NCBI GenBank assembly: GCA_017514685.1
Contig: JAFWJN010000043.1
Coordinates: forward strand, 35,167 to 99,166
DNA: 64,000 nt
Reading direction: 5' to 3'
Origin: Clostridia bacterium
GTDB lineage: Bacteria > Bacillota > Clostridia > Christensenellales > CAG-138
Within the stretch, counting starts at the first letter, position 1, and each line of letters starts with the position of its first letter. A program made the position numbers and the translations under genes. Below the pieces are notes generated by a model. That model saw nothing but the letters and a program-made list of their open reading frames with translations, was not told the DNA's origin and ran no database searches. Below, piece by piece: positions 32,382 through 42,394 of the stretch.

Positions 32382-33083
32382 ATGAACAAATATGTGGAAC
32401 GGCTGTATAACGGCCTGATCAAAGAGAACCCGACGTTGATCCTGATGCTGGGCATGTGCCCGACGCTTGCTGTCTCCACGACCGCAATGAACGGTGTCGG
32501 CATGGGTATTTCATCGACAGCGGTCCTGATCCTTTCCAACTATGTGATCTCTCTGCTGAGAAAGGTCATCCCGGATGAGGTTCGTCTTCCCGCTTATATC
32601 GTTATCGTCGCATCCCTTGTTACGGTAACGGAACTCTTAATTGAGGCTTACCTTCCTGCTCTTTACAGTGCGCTGGGAATCTATATTCCTCTGATCGTCG
32701 TCAACTGCATCATCCTTGGAAGAGCGGAAGCTTACGCAAATAAGCATACACCCGGTCTTGCCGTCATGGACGGACTTGGAATGGGACTTGGTTTTACTGT
32801 GGCATTGACTCTGGCAGGTCTTGTCCGTGAAGTGCTCGGCAGCGGTTCAGCCTTCGGTTACAACTTTATTCAGTATTTGCCCGGTGTTGAGCCGATCGGC
32901 ATTTTCATTCAGCCTCCGGGAGCGTTCCTTGTAATTGCGTTGTTTATCGCAATCATGAATGCAATCGGAATCAAGACGCGGCAGCGTAAACTTGTTGAAA
33001 ACGATGGCTGTGACGGCTGCTGTGCAACCTGTGCTATGCCGTGTGAAAATGTCGGCGACAAAGCAGAGGAGGAAGCAAGATGA
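32382..33083 (+). CDS. rnfE: Rnf complex subunit E with Cys-rich C-terminal extension
   Basis: RnfE/NqrD pattern (LGMCPTLAVS...GIYIPLIVVNCIILGRAEA). An extra tail, NDGCDGCCATCAMPCENVGDKAEEEAR, spans nt ~32995-33083. Confidence 0.85.
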   Translation: MNKYVERLYNGLIKENPTLILMLGMCPTLAVSTTAMNGVGMGISSTAVLILSNYVISLLRKVIPDEVRLPAYIVIVASLVTVTELLIEAYLPALYSALGIYIPLIVVNCIILGRAEAYANKHTPGLAVMDGLGMGLGFTVALTLAGLVREVLGSGSAFGYNFIQYLPGVEPIGIFIQPPGAFLVIALFIAIMNAIGIKTRQRKLVENDGCDGCCATCAMPCENVGDKAEEEAR

Positions 33084-33658
33084 AAAACTTGATTCTTATT
33101 ATTCTCGGCGGAGCATTGATCAACAATGTGGTGCTTAACCAATTTTTAGGCATTTGTTCGTTTCTCGGTGTGTCCAAGCAGATGAAAGCCTCCGCAAGTC
33201 TCGGAGGAGCTGTCATTTTTGTTATGACAATTGCTTCTGCGGTAGCAAGCCTGTTATATGATTATGTATTGAAGCCGCTGGGCATCGATTTCATGAAAAC
33301 CATCGTTTTCATTCTGGTCATTGCAGCACTGGTGCAGATCGTGGAAATGTTCCTGAAAAAAACTTCACCCGCTGTTTATAAGTCGCTTGGCATTTATTTG
33401 CCACTGATCACGACGAACTGCGCGGTGCTGGGCGTTGCACTGACAAACGTTCAGAATGAGTACAATTTCATTGAAAGCGTTCTTGCCGGTTTCGGAACAG
33501 CAATCGGTTTCACGCTTGCCATCATTCTTCTGGCCAGTATCCGTTCCCGTATCCGGGAAGAGGATCTGCCGGCACCCTTGCGCGGCGCCCCAATCGTACT
33601 GATTTCGGCAGCGCTTATGTCAATTGCGTTCATGGGCTTTTCGGGCCTTGCGTTCTGA
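33080..33658 (+). CDS. rnfA: Rnf complex subunit A
   Basis: RnfA/NqrE pattern (NNVVLNQFLGICSFLGVS...GIYLPLITTNCAVLGVAL). Confidence 0.9.
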   Translation: MKNLILIILGGALINNVVLNQFLGICSFLGVSKQMKASASLGGAVIFVMTIASAVASLLYDYVLKPLGIDFMKTIVFILVIAALVQIVEMFLKKTSPAVYKSLGIYLPLITTNCAVLGVALTNVQNEYNFIESVLAGFGTAIGFTLAIILLASIRSRIREEDLPAPLRGAPIVLISAALMSIAFMGFSGLAF

Positions 33659-33670
33659 GGGAGGTGCAGG

Positions 33671-34495
33671 ATGGATATTATTCTGATTACCACCGCAGTC
33701 ATTACGGTGATCGGCATCGTCGTTGGAGCCGGTCTGGTTTTCACGGGAAAGAAATTCTATGTGAAGGTCGATGAACGTGAAGCGGCAGTCCGTGAGTGTC
33801 TGCCGGGAAACAACTGCGGAGCCTGCGGCTTTGCGGGCTGTGATGCTGCGGCTGCGGCAATCGTCGCAGGAGATGCTCCTGTCAATGTCTGCCCGGTTGG
33901 CGGCTCGGCAGTTGCACAGAGAATCGGCGGTATAATGGGCGAAAACGCGGAAGCGGTTGAGCGCAAGGTTGCGTTCGTACGCTGCAAAGGAACCTGTGAA
34001 GTCACAAAGAATCAGGGGGAATATATCGGCATCCGTGATTGCCGTACCGCGGTGCTGTCGGGTATGAATCTGACGGATTGTGATTACGGCTGCATCGGAC
34101 TGGGCTCCTGTGTTGAGGCTTGTCCGCAGAATGCAATTTCCGTGGTGGACGGAGTCGCTGTTGTGAATGAAAAACGCTGTGTTGGATGCGGTCTCTGTGC
34201 AAAAGCCTGCCCGAAGAACCTGATCGAACTTGTTCCGGAGAGCAAACAGATCCGCGTTCAGTGCTCCAATAAGGACAAAGGTCCTCAGGTGAAAAAAGTG
34301 TGCCAGGCTGGTTGCATCGGATGCAGCCTTTGCGTCAGGCAGTGTGAATCCGGAGCGATTACAGTCAATACCAATCTGGCCCATATCAACTACGAAGCAT
34401 GTACACAGTGCGGTAAATGCGCTGAGAAGTGCCCGGCAAAAGTCATTTGCGTTCCCGCTCCGGAGGAGCCGGTGAGCGAAAATGTACCGGCATAA
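33671..34495 (+). CDS. rnfB: Rnf complex subunit B (polyferredoxin type)
   Basis: N-terminal TM anchor, then the CGACGFAGC cluster motif. Several 4Fe-4S ferredoxin motifs follow (CIGLGSCVEACP, CVGCGLCAKACP, CIGCSLCVRQC, CTQCGKCAEKCP). Confidence 0.9.
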   Translation: MDIILITTAVITVIGIVVGAGLVFTGKKFYVKVDEREAAVRECLPGNNCGACGFAGCDAAAAAIVAGDAPVNVCPVGGSAVAQRIGGIMGENAEAVERKVAFVRCKGTCEVTKNQGEYIGIRDCRTAVLSGMNLTDCDYGCIGLGSCVEACPQNAISVVDGVAVVNEKRCVGCGLCAKACPKNLIELVPESKQIRVQCSNKDKGPQVKKVCQAGCIGCSLCVRQCESGAITVNTNLAHINYEACTQCGKCAEKCPAKVICVPAPEEPVSENVPA

Positions 34496-34507
34496 CGGAG
34501 GATAGTT

Positions 34508-35815
34508 ATGGAGAAAAGAAATCAGGCGGCAAAGCTGATTGTCAGCGGAATCATTGTTGCTCTGGCGATTTTATTCCTTGCCGGAATCATCGGGGGAAAA
34601 GATATCTTATACCATCTTAAGGACCGCAGTTCAATCGGCCCGCTGACCCGTTCGGACATCAAGTATCAGGAAGTGGCGGCGCCGAAAGCAACGAGCAAGG
34701 ACGGTACGATCAACGCTGCTGACTGGGCTGCTGCTTATCCGTATATCGTCACGACGATGGGTGATAATGCCAAGAATACCTATGTCATTGATTATCTGGA
34801 ACAGGATCCGTATCTGACAACGATCTATGAAGGGTTCGGATTCGCAAAAGACTATGGCAGCGCACGGGGACATGCGTATACATTGGAAGATGTTGGAAAG
34901 ACACTTCGTCCGCATGCAAACGCCAACTGCCTGACATGCAAAACACCTAACTTCACAAAGCTGGTCAATGATCAGGGCGTCGGGGTTTATACGATGTCAT
35001 TTGATGAAGTCATGGCTCAGATGGAAGAAGCGGTCAGCTGCTATACCTGCCATGGAAATGAAGCAGGCAATAAGGGAAAGATCGAGATTACGCATTCCTA
35101 TGTGAATAAAGCACTGGGAAGCGCCATGAACACGATCGATCCGGCAACGCTTTCCTGCGGTCAGTGCCATATCGAGTATTATTTCACGCCGACAGATAAA
35201 GAAACGATGATGCCTTATTCCGACGTTTCCACAATGACGCCGGATGCGATTCTGGCTTTCTATGATTCCATGGTTCTGCCGGATGGCACAGTCGGTTTCG
35301 CTGACTGGGTCCAGCCGAGTACAGGGGTAAGACTGCTGAAGGCACAGCATCCTGAAATGGAGACTTATCTGCTGGGCAAGCATGCAAGCTCTCTGAATTG
35401 CGCAGACTGCCATATGGCAATTGAACAGGCAGAGGACGGGACCGTTTATCACAGCCACATGATCGTCAGTCCGCTGGAAAATCAGACGCTGCTGTCGAAT
35501 TGCGCTGTTTGCCATGGAGATACCGATATGGTGAATATGGTGCGGCGCCTGCAGGAGCGGGTCGTAGAACGTGAGACAGTTGTCGGCAATGCGCTGGCGG
35601 AATTCCATAATGCCCTCGCAGCTGCAGTGGAAGCGGGAGAAATGCCGGAAGACCAGCTTGAAACCGTTCGCGGAATCTATCGTACGGCACAGTGGTACTT
35701 TGACTTCTGCTATGTGGAAAATGCGGAGGGTGCGCACAATTCCGATCTGGCATTCTATTGCCTGGATACGGCTGAGGCAAAGATCACAGAAGGCATGCAG
35801 CTCCTTGGACAATAA
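34508..35815 (+). CDS. nrfA: Pentahaem cytochrome c nitrite reductase NrfA, membrane-anchored
   Basis: Five haem motifs in NrfA order: CLTCK (the Lys-ligated active-site haem, nt 34928-34942), CYTCH, CGQCH(IEYYF), CADCH and CAVCH. N-terminal anchor LIVSGIIVALAILFLAGIIGG. Starts 12 nt after rnfB, with GGAGGA in the gap. Confidence 0.85.
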   Translation: MEKRNQAAKLIVSGIIVALAILFLAGIIGGKDILYHLKDRSSIGPLTRSDIKYQEVAAPKATSKDGTINAADWAAAYPYIVTTMGDNAKNTYVIDYLEQDPYLTTIYEGFGFAKDYGSARGHAYTLEDVGKTLRPHANANCLTCKTPNFTKLVNDQGVGVYTMSFDEVMAQMEEAVSCYTCHGNEAGNKGKIEITHSYVNKALGSAMNTIDPATLSCGQCHIEYYFTPTDKETMMPYSDVSTMTPDAILAFYDSMVLPDGTVGFADWVQPSTGVRLLKAQHPEMETYLLGKHASSLNCADCHMAIEQAEDGTVYHSHMIVSPLENQTLLSNCAVCHGDTDMVNMVRRLQERVVERETVVGNALAEFHNALAAAVEAGEMPEDQLETVRGIYRTAQWYFDFCYVENAEGAHNSDLAFYCLDTAEAKITEGMQLLGQ

Positions 35816-35839
35816 TTGATACAGATTATGAATGAAACG

Positions 35840-35877
35840 GGTGGGAACGGCAGAGCGTCCTTTCCCACCATCTTTTT
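35840..35877 (+). terminator. Rho-independent terminator after nrfA
   Basis: GGTGGGAA...TTCCCACC stem followed by ATCTTTTT. Confidence 0.6.
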
Positions 35878-35886
35878 AGCAGGAAA

Positions 35887-37200
35887 ATGGATGCATTGAA
35901 GAAGATTTTTAAATTCCTGTCCTCTATGACATTTGCAATCATATTGCTTGTCGTATTAGCCGCCGCCTGTGCAGCGGGGAGTTTTATCACACAGGGACAG
36001 ACATATGAATGGTATGCTGAAGCCTACTCGGAAAGCGCTGCAGCCTGGATTATGGCGCTGCGTCTGAATGATGCGTTTCATAGTGTATGGTTTGTTGTAA
36101 TTGCTTTGTTCCTGTGCGGAAATCTGCTTCTTTGCAATGTAATCCGGTTAAAATCCCTGATTCAAAAATCCCGTCAGGCAGGGGAACCGAAAAAGGAACC
36201 CGAACAGACTGCGGACGCAATGGCACATCAAATCAGCGATCCCGTTCAGGTGTTTGAAAGGCTCCGGATGCCGAAGCCTAAAAGTCTGGAACAGGACGGA
36301 AAGCAAATTCTTTTCTCCGTAAAAAACCGCGCCGGAATATGGGGCGCCTGGGTGTGTCATCTCGGAATTCTGCTGCTGATTTTAGGATTCGGACTCGGAC
36401 AGATGACAAAAGCGGAATATACGGTCTACGGAGTTCCCGGACAAACGCTTCTCATCGGTGAGACAGGACTGTTCCTTCAGATAGATGACTTTCAGGTTAA
36501 TCTGAGAGAAGATGATACCGTGGAACAATATACAGCGGACATCACGGTTTTCCGCGCGCCGCAGGGTTCAACTGCGGAACCGGATTCTGAACATGCTGTC
36601 ATTTCCGTCAATCATCCGGGGCGGATGTTCGGCATGACATTTTATCAGAATGCAACAGGGTGGGCTGCCAGGGTCACGGTCGAGAAAAGCGGAAGCCCTA
36701 TCCAGAGCGAGATCGTCTGTGCGGGGGAGTATCTGCCGGTTGTGGATCTGAATGATCTGGTCATCGTGTTCAATGCGTTTTATCCGGATTATGTTTCCGT
36801 TCCGGGATCGATGCCGATGAGTGCATCCTCCAAACTGAACAATCCGGGATATCTGTACTCAGTCTATTATAAAGGAAACATCATCGGAATGAATGTTCTT
36901 CTGGAAGGGGAACAGGTCACGATCGATGATTACACGGTTACTTTCACGGAACCGCAGAATTATACGCTCATCCAGATCAAGAAGGATTCTTTCACCTGGC
37001 TGGCGTTTATGGGCGGAATCACAACCATGATCGGACTGTTCTTTGCTTTTTATCTGCAGCTGCAGGCGGTATGTGCTGTGCGGGATGAAGATGAGACCTG
37101 GACGGTATATGGTTTCTGCAATAAGGGAGGAAAACTTTACGAGGATCTTTTCTCCAGAGCGGTACAGAACACGGAGAAGGAAGCAGGGAGGAAAGAATAA
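35887..37200 (+). CDS. resB: Cytochrome c biogenesis protein ResB/Ccs1 (system II)
   Basis: The N-terminus (LSSMTFAIILLVVLAAACAAGSFI) and overall topology (TMs at both ends, large extracytoplasmic loop) are typical of ResB. Paired with ccsA. Confidence 0.75.
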   Translation: MDALKKIFKFLSSMTFAIILLVVLAAACAAGSFITQGQTYEWYAEAYSESAAAWIMALRLNDAFHSVWFVVIALFLCGNLLLCNVIRLKSLIQKSRQAGEPKKEPEQTADAMAHQISDPVQVFERLRMPKPKSLEQDGKQILFSVKNRAGIWGAWVCHLGILLLILGFGLGQMTKAEYTVYGVPGQTLLIGETGLFLQIDDFQVNLREDDTVEQYTADITVFRAPQGSTAEPDSEHAVISVNHPGRMFGMTFYQNATGWAARVTVEKSGSPIQSEIVCAGEYLPVVDLNDLVIVFNAFYPDYVSVPGSMPMSASSKLNNPGYLYSVYYKGNIIGMNVLLEGEQVTIDDYTVTFTEPQNYTLIQIKKDSFTWLAFMGGITTMIGLFFAFYLQLQAVCAVRDEDETWTVYGFCNKGGKLYEDLFSRAVQNTEKEAGRKE

Positions 37201-37202
37201 GC

Positions 37203-38018
37203 ATGCTTCAGGTAGAAAATACACTGTTTACGATTGTCATGCTGCTGTATTTTGCGGCGATGATTCTGTTCTTTGTTTATATTGCAATCAAGAAAGACCC
37301 TGTCGCAAAAATCGCGATCGGTCTTCAGCTCGCAGGACTTGTTCTGCATACAGCGGCTCTGATCTGCCGGGGAATCGGCGCAGGAAGGCTGCCCTTTACA
37401 AATCAGTATGAATTTGCGACTTCCTTTGCATGGGGACTTTGCCTTGTCAGTCTGATCTTTTTGCTGAAATTCAAATTCCCGGTGCTTGGCGCTTTTTCGG
37501 CTCCGCTGATATTTCTCATTATCGGATACGCGGCAATGCAGTCAAAGGATGTACATTCCCTGATGCCGGCGCTTCAAAGCAACTGGCTGGGATTTCATGT
37601 TTCCACCGCAATTATTGCATACGGCGCTTTCGGCGTGTCCTTTGTTCTTTCCATTATTTTTCTGCTTCGTGACAAAGCAAAAGAAGGCAGCTTCTGGGAT
37701 CTTCATATTCCAAGCAGAGAAAAACTGGATCTGATCAGTTACAGAAGCGTTGCGCTGGGACTTCTCTTTCTGACCTTTACGATCATTACAGGTGCGATCT
37801 GGGCGGAGCGTGCATGGGGAAGCTACTGGTCATGGGATCCAAAAGAAACGTGGTCTTTGGTAACCTGGATCATTTACATGGTTTATCTGCATCTTAGAAT
37901 CAGGAGAGGATGGCAGGGCAAGGCGGCTGCGATCTTTGCAGTTGCCGGATTTATCTGCGTAATGTTTACTTACATCGGCGTGAATACGTTTTTACCGGGT
38001 ATTCATAGTTATAAATAA
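37203..38018 (+). CDS. ccsA: Cytochrome c biogenesis protein CcsA/ResC (system II haem handling)
   Basis: [23 protein letters not shown] matches the WWD haem-binding motif. Polytopic. Confidence 0.85.
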   Translation: MLQVENTLFTIVMLLYFAAMILFFVYIAIKKDPVAKIAIGLQLAGLVLHTAALICRGIGAGRLPFTNQYEFATSFAWGLCLVSLIFLLKFKFPVLGAFSAPLIFLIIGYAAMQSKDVHSLMPALQSNWLGFHVSTAIIAYGAFGVSFVLSIIFLLRDKAKEGSFWDLHIPSREKLDLISYRSVALGLLFLTFTIITGAIWAERAWGSYWSWDPKETWSLVTWIIYMVYLHLRIRRGWQGKAAAIFAVAGFICVMFTYIGVNTFLPGIHSYK

Positions 38019-38032
38019 GAAGGGGAAATAAA

Positions 38033-39100
38033 ATGAAACGGACTTGTGCGATGATAGCTGCATTGCTGTTCATTGTGCTGATGATTTTGACAGGATGCAC
38101 GGGAAACGGACAGGATCAGAACCCTGAACCCCCGTCGCTTACAATGGAACCGACGGAAATACCGGCAGAGACACCGACACCGGTGCCGACTCCGACTTCA
38201 ACGCCGACTCCGACGCCGACACCGACTCCAACGCCTACACCCACTCCGACACCGTCGCCGACGCCGACTCCGACGCCGGTACCGACCCCGACCCCGCACA
38301 TCATCGAAGGAGAACCGGTTATTCTGGAAAACTCCTATCAGAGCGAGAATTTCGGGATTTTTGTGAAAACGGTCGAAGATAACAGCAAGACATTCTCTGA
38401 ATATGAACTTGTGTATCATATCGCAGACATCTATGTGAAGGATGTGACTTTGATCAGAACAGGTTTTTCGTTCGGGACATGGAAGAACTTCAATCTGGCA
38501 TCCGTAACCGAAATCGCGGAAGCGAATCATGCCGTTCTGGCACTGTCGGGTGATTACATGCGTGCCCGGGGAAAGGGATTCGCTTTGCGCAACGGAGAAT
38601 TATATCGTAAATATACCGATCCCGACCGGGATGTCTGCGTCATTTACCGGGATGGGACGATGGTGACGATCGATGCCAAGAAAGTTCCGAAAAACGGAAA
38701 AGGCATCATTGATGATCCGGAAGTATGGCAGGTCCTCGGATTCGGACCAATGCTTCTGGAAAAAGACGGAACGGCGAAAACAAAGTTTAATTCAAAAGTC
38801 AAAGCGTACAATCCGCGCTCCGTTATCGGCTACTATGAACCGGGACATTACTGCTTCCTGTTTGTGGAAGGACGCCAGATGGGCTATTCCCAGGGCATCC
38901 GGATGGAACAGCTTGCAAAACTCTGCCAGTCACTGGGAATGAAGCAGGCGTTCAATCTGGATGGCGGAAAAACCGCAGCGATGTACTTCAATGGCAATCT
39001 GCTGAATCATGATGATTCTTTTCCGAGAGATGTCCATGACGTCCTGTACATAGCGGAACCGGTAAGCGAAGAATCCGGAACTGATGAGTCAGTAGAATAA
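38033..39100 (+). CDS. Lipoprotein with Pro/Thr linker and phosphodiester glycosidase (NAGPA/DUF2233-like) domain
   Basis: Lipobox LTGC. PTPTPTP linker. C-terminal segments ALSGDY...GFGPMLL...NPRSVIGY...[15 protein letters not shown] resemble the phosphodiester glycosidase family. Confidence 0.6.
   Translation: MKRTCAMIAALLFIVLMILTGCTGNGQDQNPEPPSLTMEPTEIPAETPTPVPTPTSTPTPTPTPTPTPTPTPTPSPTPTPTPVPTPTPHIIEGEPVILENSYQSENFGIFVKTVEDNSKTFSEYELVYHIADIYVKDVTLIRTGFSFGTWKNFNLASVTEIAEANHAVLALSGDYMRARGKGFALRNGELYRKYTDPDRDVCVIYRDGTMVTIDAKKVPKNGKGIIDDPEVWQVLGFGPMLLEKDGTAKTKFNSKVKAYNPRSVIGYYEPGHYCFLFVEGRQMGYSQGIRMEQLAKLCQSLGMKQAFNLDGGKTAAMYFNGNLLNHDDSFPRDVHDVLYIAEPVSEESGTDESVE
38171..38296 (+). repeat. Coding low-complexity (ACN-CCG)n tract encoding a (Thr/Ser-Pro)n linker
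   Basis: Translates as [40 protein letters not shown]. Confidence 0.9.
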
Positions 39101-39119
39101 GAGCCGAAAGGAAAAAACA

Positions 39120-39149
39120 AAAAGATGGTGTCCGGCACCATCTTTTTTC
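39120..39149. terminator. Bidirectional terminator between convergent genes
   Basis: AAAAAGATGGTG-TCCG-GCACCATCTTTTTT, with A-run and T-run flanks. Confidence 0.75.
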
Positions 39150-39155
39150 AGTTGT

Positions 39156-40169
39156 TCAGAAAAGATCATGAAAGCATGCGAGATTCTCCGCCGCTGCTTT
39201 TCGCTCTCCGCGGTCAATCTCCCGGATGATTTCGGTAATCCGGTCATTGACCGGCGTTGGAACATGATTTTTTCTGCCGTACTCCGTAATGATCGCATTG
39301 AAGGATTCGATCTCGCACGGTTTCCCTTTTTCAATATCCTGCAGCATGGACGGGTAGATTGCAGAGTGTTTTCGCATGGCCATAGGGATGAAAAGCATGA
39401 GCATTTTTTCGCGGAGCCAGGTTTGACACGGGAACAGACTGGCGATATTGATTCCCTGAATCGGAGCAAAAGAGATGCCTTCCGCCTTTGCAACCGCCGC
39501 GCATTCGTTCATACAGGCGATTACGCCTTTCCGTGTGCGGAATCCTTTTGCAACCTCTCCGTAAGTTTTCCCGGTGACCGTTCCGAAGCCGGAAAAAGCG
39601 GTGTTGATCAGAAGCTTTGTCCAACGGACGCCGGAAAGATTCTCCTCAAGAATCACGGGACACATCTTCTCCAGAAGGTCTTTCACGGCAAGGATCTTCT
39701 CTTCCGGGACGGAATTCATGCGTCCCATATGAAAAGAAAGTCTCTTTGGATCGCTCGTCATAGCGGCGACACCGGGGCTGATGAGCGTTGCACCCCATTC
39801 CACGACACAGCCGATCGTCCGGGAAGCGCCTGCGATTTTTGCGATTCCAGGTTCAGGCAGACCGTTCTGAAACGTTACGATCGCTCCGTCTTCCTTCAGG
39901 TAATCCATCAGGAATGCAACCACTTCCGGGTTTCGCTGCTGCTTTGTCATCAGAAGGATCAGATCATACTTGCCTTCCATTTCCTCCGGAAGCAGCGCAT
40001 GCACCGGAACGGTAAAGGAGACGGTGCCTGTAATGCGGGCACCGTTTGTTTTTAATGCCTGTATATGCTTTCTGTTTCGGTTTACCAGATCCACCGGTTC
40101 TCCGGCTTTCGTCAGATACGCGCCGAGCACGGTCCCGAGTGAGCCTGCTCCGTAGATTACGGTTCTCAT
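39156..40169 (-). CDS. panE: 2-dehydropantoate 2-reductase (ketopantoate reductase) family
   Basis: N-terminal Rossmann motif IYGAGSLGTVLGAYL and the overall ApbA/PanE pattern. Confidence 0.7.
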   Translation of the reverse strand: MRTVIYGAGSLGTVLGAYLTKAGEPVDLVNRNRKHIQALKTNGARITGTVSFTVPVHALLPEEMEGKYDLILLMTKQQRNPEVVAFLMDYLKEDGAIVTFQNGLPEPGIAKIAGASRTIGCVVEWGATLISPGVAAMTSDPKRLSFHMGRMNSVPEEKILAVKDLLEKMCPVILEENLSGVRWTKLLINTAFSGFGTVTGKTYGEVAKGFRTRKGVIACMNECAAVAKAEGISFAPIQGINIASLFPCQTWLREKMLMLFIPMAMRKHSAIYPSMLQDIEKGKPCEIESFNAIITEYGRKNHVPTPVNDRITEIIREIDRGERKAAAENLACFHDLF

Positions 40170-40193
40170 GTTTTGATAATCCTGCTTTTGCTT

Positions 40194-42341
40194 TTAGTCA
40201 GGTCTTTTCATGGTCAGGGCGATTCGCTTTTTCTGTTCGTCAACATTCAGAACCCATACTGTAACAACATCCCCGACTTTTACCACTTCGGAGGGATGAC
40301 GGATGAACTTGTCGGACATGCGGGATATATGGACCAATCCGTCCTGATGGACTCCTATGTCAATAAACGCTCCAAAGTCGATTACATTCCGTACGGTCCC
40401 TCTCAGTTCCATGCCGGGTTTCAGATCTTTCATTTCCAGAACATCTGTCCGAAGAACGGGCTTTGGAAGGTCGTCTCTCGGATCTCTTCCGGGCTTTTTC
40501 AATTCGGAGAGGATATCCTTGAGCGTCGGGATTCCGACACCGGCCTTTTCCGCCAGTTTCTCGGTTCCGTATGCTTCCGCTCTCTTGTCAATATCCGCAA
40601 TACCGCCCTTTACATCTCCGATCTGATATCCGAGGAGAGAAAGGATGGACTTTGCGGCGTCATAACTTTCCGGATGGACTGCTGTCGCATCCAAAGGATT
40701 ACGGCTGTCACGGACGCGAAGGAATCCGGCACATTGCTCAAATGCCTTTGGCCCGAGTTTCGGCACTTTTTTCAAATCCGAACGGGACAGGATCCCGTTC
40801 TCTTCGCGATAGGCAACGATGTTCTTCGCAAGAGCCGGTCCGATACCTGCAACGTGCGAAAGCAGTGCGGCGGAAGCGGTGGATGCTTCCACACCGACCT
40901 GGTTCACGCACTGTTCCACAACGCCGTCCAGAGCAGCGGTCAGTTCGTTCTGCTTCAGGTCGTGCTGGTACTGTCCGACCCCGATTGCCTTCGGCTCAAT
41001 CTTGACCAGTTCCGCAAGCGGATCCTGCATACGCCGAGCGATTGATACTGCGCTGCGCTGTGTTACGTCGAAGTCGGGAAACTCTTCAGCAGCGAGTTTG
41101 CTTGCGGAATAGACCGAAGCACCGGCTTCACTGACAATCATATAGGCAACTCCAGGAAGTTCCGGAAGAAGACTCACTATAAACTGTTCGCTCTCGCGGC
41201 TTGCGGTTCCGTTGCCGATTGCGATCGCGGTAACGCCGTACTTTGCAACAAAACCTTTTATCAGACGTGCAGCGGCTGCTTTGCCTGCTTCGTTGCCGGG
41301 CAGAGTGAAGTATCCGACGCCGGTATCCAGTACTTTGCCGTTTTCATCGATAACCGCCAGTTTGCAACCGGTTCTGAAACCCGGGTCTACGCCGAGTGTC
41401 ACTTTACCCCGGATCGGAGGCTGCATCAGAAGCTGATGGAGATTCTGGGAAAATACTTTGATTGCGGAATCGTTCGCACGGTCGGTCAGTAGATTTCTGA
41501 CTTCACGCTCGAGCGAAGGGAACAGAAGACGCGTCCATGCGTCATCGCAGGCCATACGGACCTGGTCTGCCGCGGGGCACGGATCCTGAAGAAACATATC
41601 ACGGACCGCCTGCAGGCACTTTTGCTCCGGAGGCTCAATGGAAACTTTCAGGAACTCTTCGCGTTCACCGCGGTTGACGGCCAGAATACGGTGTGCCGCC
41701 ACACTGCGGACAGGTTCCCGGAAATCATAATAGGTGCTGTACACACTGTCTTCCTCTTTTGCGGCTTTAACAGCGAGAACACCTTCGCGGACCAGGAGAA
41801 AGCGAAGCTGCTTGCGGAGACTTGCTTCGTCGCTGATTGCTTCGGCAATGATATCCCTTGCGCCGGCAAGTGCTGTCTCGGCATCCGGTACATCTTTTTC
41901 CGGATCGACGAAAGCCGCTGCTTTCTCATACGGATCTCCATTTTTATGCTGCATTACAAGCCATGCGGCAAGAGGCTCGAGTCCATGCTCTTTTGCTGCC
42001 GTTGCTCTTGTGCGGCGTTTCGGACGGAACGGGCGATAGAGGTCTTCAAGCTCTGAAAGCGTTGCCGCTTTTTCCAGCTTTTTCTGCAGAACATCGGTCA
42101 GAACTCCCTGCTCTGTCAGTGCTTTTGTGATTTCCTCACGCCTCTTGTTCAGGTTCCGCATCCGCTCCAGATTCTCTGACAGTGTCCGGAGAACCTGATC
42201 GTCAAGGGAACCGGTCATTTCCTTGCGGTAACGTGCGATAAACGGGATCGTATTCCCTGCATCCAGAAGTTCCACGGCCGCCTTGACCTGCTCGGGACGC
42301 AGCGAAAGATCCTGCGCCAGTTTTTCAATCATAATATCCAA
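40194..42341 (-). CDS. tex: Tex-like transcription accessory protein (S1 RNA-binding)
   Basis: N-terminus QVKAAVELLDAGNTIPFIARYRKEMTG, YqgF/HhH middle region, and a C-terminal S1 domain (GTVRNVIDFGAFIDIGVHQDGLVHIS). Confidence 0.9.
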   Translation of the reverse strand: MDIMIEKLAQDLSLRPEQVKAAVELLDAGNTIPFIARYRKEMTGSLDDQVLRTLSENLERMRNLNKRREEITKALTEQGVLTDVLQKKLEKAATLSELEDLYRPFRPKRRTRATAAKEHGLEPLAAWLVMQHKNGDPYEKAAAFVDPEKDVPDAETALAGARDIIAEAISDEASLRKQLRFLLVREGVLAVKAAKEEDSVYSTYYDFREPVRSVAAHRILAVNRGEREEFLKVSIEPPEQKCLQAVRDMFLQDPCPAADQVRMACDDAWTRLLFPSLEREVRNLLTDRANDSAIKVFSQNLHQLLMQPPIRGKVTLGVDPGFRTGCKLAVIDENGKVLDTGVGYFTLPGNEAGKAAAARLIKGFVAKYGVTAIAIGNGTASRESEQFIVSLLPELPGVAYMIVSEAGASVYSASKLAAEEFPDFDVTQRSAVSIARRMQDPLAELVKIEPKAIGVGQYQHDLKQNELTAALDGVVEQCVNQVGVEASTASAALLSHVAGIGPALAKNIVAYREENGILSRSDLKKVPKLGPKAFEQCAGFLRVRDSRNPLDATAVHPESYDAAKSILSLLGYQIGDVKGGIADIDKRAEAYGTEKLAEKAGVGIPTLKDILSELKKPGRDPRDDLPKPVLRTDVLEMKDLKPGMELRGTVRNVIDFGAFIDIGVHQDGLVHISRMSDKFIRHPSEVVKVGDVVTVWVLNVDEQKKRIALTMKRPD

Positions 42342-42394
42342 TTTGCTGATCCTTTTTATTATTTAATTTGCTTTGTTATTTTACCACAGATCAC

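Noticed and set aside
38116-38304. 62-aa minus-strand ORF encoding (GV)n.
   Set aside because: It is the reverse complement of the Pro/Thr linker tract of the lipoprotein gene.
39168-42130. Plus-strand ORFs of 90-295 aa antisense to panE and tex (e.g. 39168..40055, 40173..41045).
   Set aside because: These are shadow ORFs opposite strongly supported genes, with no motifs.
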